From assembly GCA_045589955.1 (NCBI GenBank), contig JAZNQD010000009.1, positions 184,876 through 248,875 of the forward strand: a stretch of 64,000 bases of DNA. Reading direction: 5' to 3'. This document shows, one piece after another, positions 54,755 to 64,000 of the stretch (its first letter is position 1; every line of letters begins with the position of its first letter). The translations under genes and the position numbers were made by a program. Below the pieces are notes generated by a model. That model ran no database searches. It had not been told where the DNA came from and saw only the letters and a program-made list of their open reading frames with translations. The stretch comes from Bacilli bacterium. Lineage in GTDB: Bacteria; Bacillota_I; Bacilli_A; ML615J-28; CAG-313.

Positions 54755-55991
54755 CTATTTCTCCATTATTGAGTAATTCATCATATAAGTCGCTTATCTT
54801 TTGCCAATTAAAGCCACATAAAATATTTTCTAAATACTCATCACCTTTAATACAAGCAAAAAAGTAAGTGCTGTAGGTCTTATAATTAGAATATATCCAA
54901 GCAGAGAATTCCTTCTTAATAATTTTCAAATCTGATTCGTTTTGTGCAATTTCATCATATTTTTCTTTTGCTAGTTGGCATTTTTTACGAATATGATTGG
55001 TTACAGCACGTTGAATTTCTATAATTTGTAATACTTGAGATTTTATTTCTGGAAAACAACCTATTACATCATCAACCGTGCCCGCATTTATTGCATCTAA
55101 AACTTTTTGATTTGTAAAGCCTATTTCACCTTTAAAACCTTTTAATTGCATGTAGTGTTTACATTTTATTTTGGCTCTATGGAAGTTTTTATCGCGTATT
55201 ACTACACCTTCGTGAAAAGAATCTTTATACGAATTACACAGAGTTAAAACTTCATCAATGGTTGTTAAATCAAATACTTCTGGAATTTCAAAGTTACTTA
55301 ATACATCAAAGTTAGCTCTTAAATCTTCCGGTAAAATTTCTTGATAAGTATTTATATCACGAGCACCTAATAAAACAAGCTTAGTTAAAGGATGATCACA
55401 TATTACTCGGTTTTTAGGCGAAATTAACTCAAACATATAAGTCAAGTTTTTATCCAAAGATTCTAAGCTTGCGTTATTAGTAATCTTATTCCAAGCATAA
55501 TCTTTTAATTGTTCAAAAGTAGTCATACCGTCAGTTTCTTTTTCGGTAAATGATGAAATAATGCAAACCGGTATTTCGTGATTTATATTCCAACCGTTAT
55601 TAGTTACCCAAATCCAATTATTTTTATAGTTGAAGCATTTCATTAAACTACCGTCTACTTTATCTAAAACGGTCACCGAATCCCAGTCTAAATCGTCTAC
55701 ATAACCTTCACCCCAATTACCAAATTTATAAAAAGGAGTGCAAACCATTTTAGGCGAATTAATATCTTCAACAGACACGATACAACCACGACATACTCTT
55801 ACTAACGGGTTACTAAAATTACAAGCCAATGTATTATAAGAAAGCATGTATAATTCAGGATAAAGTAAATTACCAGCATCATCAGTAAAATTACAACGTT
55901 TAGCTGTTACATAATATGGATCTTGAGCTAAATCTTCAATCCAAGTGTCTTTATGTGTTTTAATAAAATCTAATAAAATGCTATAAGACAT
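54744..55991 (-). CDS. RNA ligase (T4 Rnl1-like)
   Basis: CRG, PFYKF.N, KVDGSL (motif I), FELISP.NRVI, EGVV, KIK. Confidence 0.88.
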   Translation of the reverse strand: MSYSILLDFIKTHKDTWIEDLAQDPYYVTAKRCNFTDDAGNLLYPELYMLSYNTLACNFSNPLVRVCRGCIVSVEDINSPKMVCTPFYKFGNWGEGYVDDLDWDSVTVLDKVDGSLMKCFNYKNNWIWVTNNGWNINHEIPVCIISSFTEKETDGMTTFEQLKDYAWNKITNNASLESLDKNLTYMFELISPKNRVICDHPLTKLVLLGARDINTYQEILPEDLRANFDVLSNFEIPEVFDLTTIDEVLTLCNSYKDSFHEGVVIRDKNFHRAKIKCKHYMQLKGFKGEIGFTNQKVLDAINAGTVDDVIGCFPEIKSQVLQIIEIQRAVTNHIRKKCQLAKEKYDEIAQNESDLKIIKKEFSAWIYSNYKTYSTYFFACIKGDEYLENILCGFNWQKISDLYDELLNNGEIDVL

Positions 55992-56000
55992 GCTTACCTC

Positions 56001-56480
56001 TTATAAATAATCATTTAAGTTAAATTCATTATGCTTAACTATATATTGTTTTGTTTCGCCTTGTAAAGCAAAATTTATTTGTTTATACATTCTTTCAATT
56101 ACATCGTTTGGTACGAATCCATTAGTAAATTTGCGTTTCGCATTTTGCTTTTTACAAACTTCTAAAGGTACATCTTTTAAAGAAATAATTACCAACTGTG
56201 TAGAATACTGTTTACATAATTTATTATATTGATTCAAATAACGCTCTAAAGTAGACGTAGCATCTAAGACAGTATATTTATTTGTTTGTAAAGATTTTTC
56301 TAATAGGTCAAAAGTAGTTTTCCAGATTTCTGGTTCTGAAACGTATCCTTTTTCTTCTTTTTGCTGAAGACGTAATGTATCTGGACAAATTATATTAGCT
56401 TTGTACATAAATGTATTATTAACAAATGTACTTTTGCCCGATCCAGGTATACCTCTCATTACAAATAAATAATTAGTCAT
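56001..56480 (-). CDS. Polynucleotide 5'-kinase (kinase-only Pnk)
   Basis: RGIPGSGKST, D..R, LDAT, lid R...VP..VI.RM; no HAD phosphatase domain. Confidence 0.82.
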   Translation of the reverse strand: MTNYLFVMRGIPGSGKSTFVNNTFMYKANIICPDTLRLQQKEEKGYVSEPEIWKTTFDLLEKSLQTNKYTVLDATSTLERYLNQYNKLCKQYSTQLVIISLKDVPLEVCKKQNAKRKFTNGFVPNDVIERMYKQINFALQGETKQYIVKHNEFNLNDYL

Positions 56481-57198
56481 TTATACAAACATCCTCTGCA
56501 TTATCGTTTACTATATATCCTAAGTCTTTAGCGTATTCACGCATTAATTTTTCTGCTCTACGCTGTTCGGCTAATACATATACTCCGTTTTTAGTCAACA
56601 TTTTTTCTAAATCTAAACCCAAGGCTCTCGCTGCGTCACTATTATCGTTTACTGCAATCCAATTTAAGGCTTTTTCTTTAATATCTTTATACGAAATAGT
56701 TTGGCGTTCTTCTTCAGACAAATCTTGTGTTTCATTTAAGTATGCTTCTATAACATATATATACTTCTTAGCTGATTCTTGAGTAGTTTCTATATCTTTA
56801 CGCCATTGTGGCATAGTTATTTCTGGAGTAATTGTTTTTTGATTATTCGAAGCCATTACATTATCAACAGTTTTTGAATACGAAAGCTTTTCATTGCGTA
56901 ATTTAAGAATGTGCTTATTAATTTCAGTTAAACAGCTAGGATCTAGTATACCTTTAATTACAGCAATGATTTTATGATTTAATACAGCTTTCAAATAATT
57001 TGGATTACCATTGTCATCGTGAAATAAATCATAATTGCCCTCATAATATGTATAATGATGGCGAATATAGTTTATTTTTTCGCTAAATGATAAATGAGGT
57101 GTATTATGTATTATATCATGTATACTTTTTTTACCAATTTTAAAAGTACGCTCTTTTGAACGTTTCATGTTTTTTAAACGTTTTGAGAAATCAGTCAT
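56473..57198 (-). CDS. Hypothetical protein
   Basis: YIRHHYTYYE motif; own upstream promoter. Confidence 0.5.
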   Translation of the reverse strand: MTDFSKRLKNMKRSKERTFKIGKKSIHDIIHNTPHLSFSEKINYIRHHYTYYEGNYDLFHDDNGNPNYLKAVLNHKIIAVIKGILDPSCLTEINKHILKLRNEKLSYSKTVDNVMASNNQKTITPEITMPQWRKDIETTQESAKKYIYVIEAYLNETQDLSEEERQTISYKDIKEKALNWIAVNDNSDAARALGLDLEKMLTKNGVYVLAEQRRAEKLMREYAKDLGYIVNDNAEDVCIND

Positions 57199-57262
57199 AC
57201 TATTCTTCCTTTACATATCCTTTCTAAATTATGTGATAAAAGTCATTTTTTATCATGAATTC

Positions 57263-57291
57263 ACTATACCACAATATAGTTAATATGTAAA
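57263..57291 (-). promoter_or_regulatory. Sigma70-like promoter TTTACA-N17-TATAGT (extended -10 TG)
   Basis: 17-bp spacer. Confidence 0.6.
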
Positions 57292-57303
57292 GCAAAAAAT
57301 GTA

Positions 57304-57591
57304 CTATTCTTCTAATCTAGCTTTAAAGATTTCATCCATTTTTTCAGTTTCTTTTGTTGCATTTACATTTTCGAAACTTAATACGACTCTTCTATAATCA
57401 CCATTGTATAAGCGTAATAACGTAAGTAATTCGCCACGTTTTTCAAGAAAAGCACCACAATAAATATCAAATAGCTTTTTATAGCAAATTTGAATATCTA
57501 ATGGTGAAATGGCGTATGGTAAATTACCCGGTACACCAGTATAAGCTTCGTTTGGATTGTAATCCATATAACCAAAAACATTATCATTCAT
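57304..57591 (-). CDS. Hypothetical protein (paralog of 57584-57847)
   Basis: LLRLYNGDYRRVVLSFEN. Confidence 0.5.
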   Translation of the reverse strand: MNDNVFGYMDYNPNEAYTGVPGNLPYAISPLDIQICYKKLFDIYCGAFLEKRGELLTLLRLYNGDYRRVVLSFENVNATKETEKMDEIFKARLEE

Positions 57592-57847
57592 CGTTTAAAA
57601 TCCTACTTAATGCAATTCGCTCTTGTTTAATATTCTCAAATTCAATACTCATTACAGTTGTTCTGTAATCATAATGATAAATCCGCAACAATGCTTCATA
57701 TTCACTTTCTTTTTCTGGATATTTTCTCACATAAAAGAAGTAAATTGCTTGATAAGCGTCTGAAATGCTCTTTTCTAAATCGTTTTTGCTCAGAAATTCC
57801 TCTTCCATTGGTCTTGGTATAAAGACTATTTCATTTTCAATTGTCAT
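57584..57847 (-). CDS. Hypothetical protein (paralog of 57304-57591)
   Basis: LLRIYHYDYRTTVMSIEFEN. Confidence 0.5.
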   Translation of the reverse strand: MTIENEIVFIPRPMEEEFLSKNDLEKSISDAYQAIYFFYVRKYPEKESEYEALLRIYHYDYRTTVMSIEFENIKQERIALSRILNDE

Positions 57848-59786
57848 TTATCAAATCTTTCATTTCAGAGATAGTTAAAATTTTACAACCTGCTTTTTTT
57901 GCTTTTTCTATTTTACTAGAAGTTGCGTTAATATCTTTTACTACTAAATAATTTACATCTTTATTCCATTTATCAGAAGCTTTTCCACCATTTCTGTTTA
58001 TGTACTCCATTAAATCCTTATCTCGTATTCCTGAAAAGCAGACATTATAAGATTTACATTTATCAGATTCTTGTTCGATTTTGTTATCAATAAATGTAAC
58101 GCCGTAGTCAAATAATCGCATGTGTGCTTTTTCCATATACCAAAAATGCTCATACTCAAGATATTGTTCAATTCGTGCTTCACCAAATCCATCAATATCT
58201 TGTAATTTCTCTTTGGTCATACCCTCTAATGTACCATATCTATCCCAAACTAATTGTAATACCCTTTCACCAATATCTGGACCAAAGGTACCATTAGCGG
58301 CTGCAAATTTAACCTCCGTAAAGGTACTTTTTTTGGCTTCCAGGCTAGCTTCTATCTTTTCACCATTCTTACCTATTAGAGTAAGAATTAAGCCTTCTGG
58401 GAGTCCAAAAATCTTATATGGCTCTAATCTTTTATTTTCAGTATTTAAAATATAATTATATATCTTAGCACAATTACCATAAGCAAGCTGATCTATCTCT
58501 AATTTTGATCCAAAGTATTCTAATTTACGAATATTCATCTCTGTTTGAAAATCTTCGGTCTCTTCACTCCAGATATATTGTAAATCAACACCATTTACTT
58601 TAGTTTTACAATTAGGTAAATTAAAATCTTCAGAAGGTATTAAAACTTCTTCTAACTTAGGAATAACTAAACCAGCACGCTTAAATCTAATCTTGGCGCC
58701 TATTCCACATTTTGTCTTTATAACGTTATCATAATTATGTGCAGTAATATTAGTAATTGTGGCACCGGCTACTTCAACCGGCTCGATTTCTAATACAGGA
58801 GTAAATACGCCCCATCTACTTATTTGCCAATTTATGTTAGTTACTGTAGATTCTGCAATATTATCGTATATACCTAATTTAAATTTACGACTACGTTTTG
58901 GATTTATAGTACCACCAACAAAACCGGTTTCAACATTATCCACTTGTGTTAATATGATGCCGTCTAATTCATAATCAGAAAGTTTTATACGTGTTTTAAC
59001 ATAATCAATCATATTTTCATCATTTAAGATTTCATCAGATACGTATTGATAATAAGGTACATCGAATCCCAATGCTTCTAATAATTCAAAAGATATTCCT
59101 TGGTTAAGAGAAGTCCAATATGCAACAAACTTAGCATTCTTAAAAATATCGATTGCAGTATCTTTACGATTTAATGCTCCAGCTATAGTATTACGACCAT
59201 TTTTTTGAGCTTTACCGGTTTTTAATTCAATATCTTTTAAAATAGATTCAATCATGTTTTTCTTAAATAATAATTCACCACGAACTATTATTTTTTGTTT
59301 GCATTTAAATAATTTTGTTGGAATATTTTTAACATATTTGATATGTCTTAATATATCTTTACCTACTGTACCATGACCTCTTGTTGCTGCAATTTTTAAT
59401 TCACCGTTTTCATAAGTAAGAATTAAAGAACATCCATCTAATTTATCCGAAAGTATAAAAAGAGTATGACCTTTTTTCCATTTTAAAATATCATTTTCTT
59501 TTAGTTCTTCCATGCTACCCATTGGTATTTCATGAGTAATGTCTTGTCCAAAACCGGTATTATTAGAGGTTAATTTATTAAAAAATTGTGCGTCTGACCA
59601 TTTTTCTTTTGCGGCATTATATATATTATCATACAAAAAATCATCTACTTGACTAGAAGGTATAGAAATATCAAATGTAGTTTTTAATACATCTACTTCA
59701 TAATCTTCTAAACTATAAATTTCGCCTTTAGAATATGCTGTGTTACATTTCTCTAATATAGCTTGTATTTCAATTGGCATACTCAT
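57837..59786 (-). CDS. ligA: NAD-dependent DNA ligase
   Basis: KLDG, ATRG.G..G.D, VRGE, N.RN..AG, DG, OB fold and BRCT (VCFSG.RD); C4 zinc finger degenerate. Confidence 0.92.
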   Translation of the reverse strand: MSMPIEIQAILEKCNTAYSKGEIYSLEDYEVDVLKTTFDISIPSSQVDDFLYDNIYNAAKEKWSDAQFFNKLTSNNTGFGQDITHEIPMGSMEELKENDILKWKKGHTLFILSDKLDGCSLILTYENGELKIAATRGHGTVGKDILRHIKYVKNIPTKLFKCKQKIIVRGELLFKKNMIESILKDIELKTGKAQKNGRNTIAGALNRKDTAIDIFKNAKFVAYWTSLNQGISFELLEALGFDVPYYQYVSDEILNDENMIDYVKTRIKLSDYELDGIILTQVDNVETGFVGGTINPKRSRKFKLGIYDNIAESTVTNINWQISRWGVFTPVLEIEPVEVAGATITNITAHNYDNVIKTKCGIGAKIRFKRAGLVIPKLEEVLIPSEDFNLPNCKTKVNGVDLQYIWSEETEDFQTEMNIRKLEYFGSKLEIDQLAYGNCAKIYNYILNTENKRLEPYKIFGLPEGLILTLIGKNGEKIEASLEAKKSTFTEVKFAAANGTFGPDIGERVLQLVWDRYGTLEGMTKEKLQDIDGFGEARIEQYLEYEHFWYMEKAHMRLFDYGVTFIDNKIEQESDKCKSYNVCFSGIRDKDLMEYINRNGGKASDKWNKDVNYLVVKDINATSSKIEKAKKAGCKILTISEMKDLINDN

Positions 59787-60100
59787 TATTTAAATCTCCC
59801 TATTTGATGTAAAAATCGTTTAAAAGCTTCATTTGAATATTTAATATCATAATATTTAGCTAGTACGATTGCATCTACAATATTTGTTACTGTAATTGGT
59901 TCGCGGTGGTTATTTTCAGCATAAACCATTAAACTATTCTTAACGCAAGTATATGTTTTAGTATCAATTTCATAATATAATCCATTAACATCTCTTTTAA
60001 CTCTATTATTACCATGCTTATCACATAGAAACATGCCATCTAAAACTAATTCGTGCGTTTGTGGATCTTCTCTGTAAATCTTACGAACATACCAGCGCAT
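59786..60100 (-). CDS. Hypothetical protein
   Basis: Coupled to ligA (TAATG). Confidence 0.5.
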   Translation of the reverse strand: MRWYVRKIYREDPQTHELVLDGMFLCDKHGNNRVKRDVNGLYYEIDTKTYTCVKNSLMVYAENNHREPITVTNIVDAIVLAKYYDIKYSNEAFKRFLHQIGRFK

Positions 60101-60170
60101 TATTCATTCCTTTTTGCTTTACTTTATTAAATATATAATATATACTTTTTTTATAAAAGTAAAACAATAA

Positions 60171-60620
60171 TTGATAGAGGTAATTATGAAGTGGATAAAT
60201 CATTTTATAAAAGTAGCAGAAGTCGTATCTACTATGTCAAAAGACCCTAATCACAAAATTGGTGCGGTAATAGTAGACAAGAATAATCGAATAGTGAGTA
60301 CAGGCTTTAATGGTTTTGCTAAAGGTATTGATGACACAGATGAGCGTTTAAATGATAAAGAAACTAAGCGTTTGTTAATGTTACATGCTGAAGAAAATGC
60401 TATATTATATGCTAAACAAGATTTAACCGATTGTAGTATTTATATTTATGGTTATCCGCCTTGTGTACATTGTACTTCAATTATTATTCAGTCTGGTATA
60501 AAAACTATTTATTATAAAAATTCGAATAAACACAATACCGTTTCAGATTATTGGAAAGCCAATTTGGAGATGGCACAACGGTTAGCAAAAGAAGCAAATG
60601 TAGCGGTTGTTGATTTATAA
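60171..60620 (+). CDS. dCMP deaminase
   Basis: SKDP..KIGAVI, GFNG, HAEENA, PCVHC. Confidence 0.92.
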   Translation: MIEVIMKWINHFIKVAEVVSTMSKDPNHKIGAVIVDKNNRIVSTGFNGFAKGIDDTDERLNDKETKRLLMLHAEENAILYAKQDLTDCSIYIYGYPPCVHCTSIIIQSGIKTIYYKNSNKHNTVSDYWKANLEMAQRLAKEANVAVVDL

Positions 60621-60621
60621 A

Positions 60622-60650
60622 AAATCCCGGTTTAATCCGGGATTTCTTTT
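60622..60650. terminator. Bidirectional terminator
   Basis: AAATCCCGG-TTTAAT-CCGGGATTT between convergent genes. Confidence 0.8.
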
Positions 60651-60886
60651 TAATAATTGGTTATGCTATAAAAACCACCTGCTTCCATTGTACGATTCCA
60701 AACGGTAATAGCTTTTTGTTTACTTAAACCTAAAAATTCAAATTGATCATAATGGTTACAAGTTGGACATTTAGCATAATATAAACCGTCTACATCGACT
60801 ACATATGGATAACTTGTTTTCTTTTTTCTTTTACAATGCTTACAAGGAGCGGCTCCTTCATCGTTATATTTTATTTTACTTACCAT
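60650..60886 (-). CDS. Lar-like zinc-ribbon protein
   Basis: PCKHC...CPTC...AI..WN. Confidence 0.55.
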   Translation of the reverse strand: MVSKIKYNDEGAAPCKHCKRKKKTSYPYVVDVDGLYYAKCPTCNHYDQFEFLGLSKQKAITVWNRTMEAGGFYSITNY

Positions 60887-61449
60887 TGATCAATTCCTAT
60901 ATATACATTCTTATCATTTATTATTTTTAAAACGTCTGAATCATCTCTAAATTCATTTCTTAATAAACATATGATTTTTTCTTTACTAAGAGTTATAAGT
61001 CCAGAAGTTATACGACTTAATAATTTTGAATCTTTAGCCTTATCTTTTCTATGCTTTTTGGTATCAGTTCTTTTATTAATCGTAGCTTCTAGTTTTGGAT
61101 TAGCTACATCACATCCGACTAAATCATACACAGCATATTTATATCCATATAAATCAATATGTCCTGCGACTAAACTATATGTTGGTTTAACAACTCTACT
61201 TTTTCTAATTATTACTTGTGGACACTTTTGAATATTAATTAGATTATTATGCTTTGAATCATCTTGTGCTAATATATCATCTACCCCACAAATCCTCTGT
61301 GTTGTTTTAACAAAGTCTACTTCATCTTTTGTGTTTATAAATTTAGAAAACCGTAAAACAGCGATCGATTTTTTATAATTACCTTGTCCAGTAGATAACG
61401 TTCGACCGCTGTTTATGTAGAAATACTCAGGGAATTCATTTTTATCCAT
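60880..61449 (-). CDS. Hypothetical protein
   Basis: Coupled ORF. Confidence 0.5.
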   Translation of the reverse strand: MDKNEFPEYFYINSGRTLSTGQGNYKKSIAVLRFSKFINTKDEVDFVKTTQRICGVDDILAQDDSKHNNLINIQKCPQVIIRKSRVVKPTYSLVAGHIDLYGYKYAVYDLVGCDVANPKLEATINKRTDTKKHRKDKAKDSKLLSRITSGLITLSKEKIICLLRNEFRDDSDVLKIINDKNVYIGIDQW

Positions 61450-62144
61450 TAAATAACATCCTTTGCCAATACGTCTTTTAATTCTCGTACTGAAATACCA
61501 ACTTTAGTTTCAAATTCTTCTTTGGTTATTTCTTTACATTGTCTTTTTTGCCATTCTAATAACCAACCATCTTTTCCATATTCTGGATCAATAATTTGGT
61601 TATAAAAATGCTTTTTGGCTAAATCACAATTATATTTTTTACTTTGTGGAATACGTCTTGCTTCATTAGACACAAACTTATAAGTCGCTCTAATGTTACA
61701 AGTATTGGTTTGTTCAATGAAGGTATTTGTATAGTTACCTTCAAAATATCCGCCCCAACTATCCCTTAAATATTTTGGACCTTTACCAAAAATACCTTGA
61801 CGACATTCTTTTTTTGCTACATATGGCTCAGTACGAGTATATGTTGCGATTTCAATATAAGCAGAATATGCATAACATGCTTGTTCTACATCTTCCCAAT
61901 TTAAACCAAATGGAACATAATAAAAGCTTTCTCTTTGACTAATATTCCATCTATCTCTATCTACTAATTCATAATTGACACCACTTAAACGGTTTTCAAT
62001 TAATTCTGGTCCATACTTACATTGCAATAACAATACAGTAGGCTCTACACGTTCGATAGGCATTAAATCATCTTCATTTGCTTGTACTAAAGAAGATGTT
62101 AAAAGTAAAGCCAAAAATAAATTAATTCCGAGTATCTTTTTCAT
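61449..62144 (-). CDS. Secreted Cys-containing hypothetical protein
   Basis: Sec signal peptide MKKILGINLFLALLLTSSLVQA. Confidence 0.55.
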   Translation of the reverse strand: MKKILGINLFLALLLTSSLVQANEDDLMPIERVEPTVLLLQCKYGPELIENRLSGVNYELVDRDRWNISQRESFYYVPFGLNWEDVEQACYAYSAYIEIATYTRTEPYVAKKECRQGIFGKGPKYLRDSWGGYFEGNYTNTFIEQTNTCNIRATYKFVSNEARRIPQSKKYNCDLAKKHFYNQIIDPEYGKDGWLLEWQKRQCKEITKEEFETKVGISVRELKDVLAKDVI

Positions 62145-62177
62145 GATATAATCCCCCTTATTTCATTATATAATTAT

Positions 62178-62206
62178 ATCATACCACAGTTTACTATATA
62201 AGTAAA
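62178..62206 (-). promoter_or_regulatory. Sigma70-like promoter TTTACT-N17-TATGAT
   Basis: 17-bp spacer; closely matches 13212-13240. Confidence 0.65.
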
Positions 62207-62213
62207 ACAGTTT

Positions 62214-63593
62214 TTAATCATCTAGGAAAAAAAGATCACTATTTGTAGGATATAGTTTCTCACAATCATATACAGATAATATCCAATTTAATTCAGAATA
62301 TAATTCATATTTCGAATAACACAATTTGCTATGACTAATATATGTATCATTGTGACGTTTTTCTACTACTTTTATGTAATAACCGGTTAAATATTCATTT
62401 TCTTTGGTTATTTCTACTTGCATACCATCTTCTATTGTTAAAACTAACCTTTTTGGATCAGTAAGGTATTCCCAGGGGCTTAATTTTTTTTTATCTTTTA
62501 TGGTATTCGTATAACTAAAATACCAACCGCCAAAACTAAACAACAAGAAGAAAATTATTAAAACAAAGTAGTCTATATTACGTAATTTAATAGATAAATA
62601 AGTGTATTTTTCCATTGTATTTTCTACATACTCTTTATCTAATAACTGCTTTATTTTAGAAGAATAATCAAAAAAGTTCTTAAGTGGAATATTTAAAAGT
62701 AATGTTTGTAATTCAGCTTTTAATACTTCATTTTCTGTCCATCCAAATACTTTTATAGCATTGATTTTTATATCATCATGAATCACGCATAATACTAAAT
62801 CATTTATTTTACCACCTATCCATTTTGCTTTTAAATTTTCACATTGAGATAAGGTACCATTTTTAAAACCATATATAATTATATTGACATCTACGTCTAA
62901 TGATGAATTTAAGATTGCTAATTTAGTTTGATCTAAATTTACTCCAATTACTTTATTGAATGTAAAATTATCACGATACTCATCACTTGGGTGTAATGCT
63001 ACTTCTTCACCAACATTCGTATTACCTTTTATAATATTTTCACTTGGAGCAATATAATTTTTATAACTTTGTGTAGATGTCCAAGGTGCTATTGTATTAG
63101 GTCGTATTGTCCAGATATAATCATATTTATCCCCAGAATGATATCCATAACGGTTACCTTTTACTTTAACTGGACCGTCAAAATATAAATCTTGTAATTC
63201 TTTGCGTTTTTCATTTGATATCCAGCGTGAACCATATTTTGCTAAAGTATATGAGCTATTATCGCCTCTATCTCTATAACATTTACCATAATAAGCACAA
63301 ACTGTATGACACGATCTATGTTTACCTGAACCAGAACAACGAGTAGTGTGCATTTTACAACAAGTATATTGCTCTACCCACGGTCCTTCATATTTTAGAG
63401 TGATGACTTTATCGTTTATATATTTGGTATCATTTATTTTTATACGCCAATAAATGCCATATACAATAAGCATGCCAACCCAAACAATAAGAGATACGAT
63501 AGCAAATTCCGTATATGTAATTTTTCTAGATTTATATGCAAAAATGAATCCGAAAATGAGATTAACTATTGCTAAGCCACATACAAATTCCAT
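62214..63593 (-). CDS. Membrane protein with a Cys-rich extracytoplasmic insert
   Basis: Two N-terminal TM segments, CCKMHTTRC...C...C...C, late TM segment. Confidence 0.55.
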   Translation of the reverse strand: MEFVCGLAIVNLIFGFIFAYKSRKITYTEFAIVSLIVWVGMLIVYGIYWRIKINDTKYINDKVITLKYEGPWVEQYTCCKMHTTRCSGSGKHRSCHTVCAYYGKCYRDRGDNSSYTLAKYGSRWISNEKRKELQDLYFDGPVKVKGNRYGYHSGDKYDYIWTIRPNTIAPWTSTQSYKNYIAPSENIIKGNTNVGEEVALHPSDEYRDNFTFNKVIGVNLDQTKLAILNSSLDVDVNIIIYGFKNGTLSQCENLKAKWIGGKINDLVLCVIHDDIKINAIKVFGWTENEVLKAELQTLLLNIPLKNFFDYSSKIKQLLDKEYVENTMEKYTYLSIKLRNIDYFVLIIFFLLFSFGGWYFSYTNTIKDKKKLSPWEYLTDPKRLVLTIEDGMQVEITKENEYLTGYYIKVVEKRHNDTYISHSKLCYSKYELYSELNWILSVYDCEKLYPTNSDLFFLDD

Positions 63594-63614
63594 ATCGTAT
63601 CTCCCTGTTATAAA

Positions 63615-64000
63615 TTACCAGTTTATATCAACATTATCGTCTACGCCAGAAGCAAATGTTGATGTAGTTTGTGTAGAAGTAATTGTTTTGCACAAATCTA
63701 ATTTTTCTGGACGAGCATCTACAAACCACTTAGATGGAATACGCTCTACTAAGCGAGTATATTCTCTACAAATATCAAATAATTCAGTCATTGAACGTTG
63801 AAATTCTGCTCTGCCACCTTCAACAATATTTAAAACTCTATCATAATTTAGTTTAGGTAAATTAGTCGGATAAGCTTCTTTTAACATACTCATAAATGAA
63901 TTTCTACCGTCTAATACGTTACTATTTCTTGGTTCCATATAAGCTTTTATAACAGACATAAAGGCATCTTTTTCTTTTTCTGCTATATTACCTGATTGTT
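63615..64000 (-). CDS. LemA-like protein, partial (frame is open to the right edge)
   Basis: IVEGGRAEF...L.D..REY......P..WF pattern; no stop between 63959 and 64000. Confidence 0.45.
   Translation of the reverse strand, partial: QSGNIAEKEKDAFMSVIKAYMEPRNSNVLDGRNSFMSMLKEAYPTNLPKLNYDRVLNIVEGGRAEFQRSMTELFDICREYTRLVERIPSKWFVDARPEKLDLCKTITSTQTTSTFASGVDDNVDINW

Noticed and set aside
2901-63801. Many short antisense or nested ORFs in the track (e.g. 2901-3155, 14063-14344, 26314-26562, 35968-36162, 44160-44552, 58120-58455, 63454-63801)
   Set aside because: They are shadows of well-supported genes on the other strand or frame, with no RBS and no recognisable motifs.
1-64000. Stop-codon reassignment (code 15 or 4), as seen in some gut jumbo phages
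   Set aside because: Recognisable genes are full-length under code 11, and the terminase break is at TAA with a frame change, which recoding cannot explain.
1-64000. tRNA genes, CRISPR arrays, rRNA, group I/II introns
   Set aside because: No cloverleaf, repeat-spacer array or unexplained non-coding gap of suitable size was seen by eye; tRNAscan or Infernal could not be run.

Overview
A 64-kb, strongly AT-rich, densely coding slice of a large T4-like/jumbo myophage genome read in standard code 11. No rRNA, tRNA or CRISPR array is visible, and genes run off both edges. 1-18.6 kb (minus) is a tail/baseplate module: fibres, gp6/7/25/5/27/53/48-like genes, a tape measure with a peptidase M15 domain, a gp26-like chaperone and tube-fold genes. 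18.7-30.4 kb holds a free-standing endonuclease, RCC1-repeat genes, thymidine kinase, an endolysin, the terminase and small DNA-binding proteins. 30.5-48 kb (plus) is replication and nucleotide metabolism: glyA, clpP, recA, GapR, a PolB fusion, a methyltransferase, dUTPase, DUF5664, a ThyA-like enzyme and nrdG/nrdD. 48-64 kb is mostly minus-strand accessory genes: AAA ATPase, Hsp20, phosphoesterase, RNA ligase plus Pnk, NAD-dependent ligase and dCMP deaminase. GapR, a ROSE-like thermometer and a class III RNR suggest an alphaproteobacterial host that grows anaerobically (inference). Strongest signals: (1) the large terminase is split into two ORFs by an apparently naturally split intein whose N-half carries a fused GIY-YIG endonuclease; (2) the ThyA homolog has Asp at the E. 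coli Asn177 specificity position, a dCMP-modifying signature, inside a nucleotide-editing cluster; (3) a ROSE-like RNA thermometer precedes the phage sHsp; (4) a PolB polymerase is fused to an AEP primase; (5) an unannotated, start-less gp51-like frame is reachable by a +1/-2 frameshift at U7; (6) three recurrent intergenic motif classes. All family calls come from motif recognition by eye, not from database searches.
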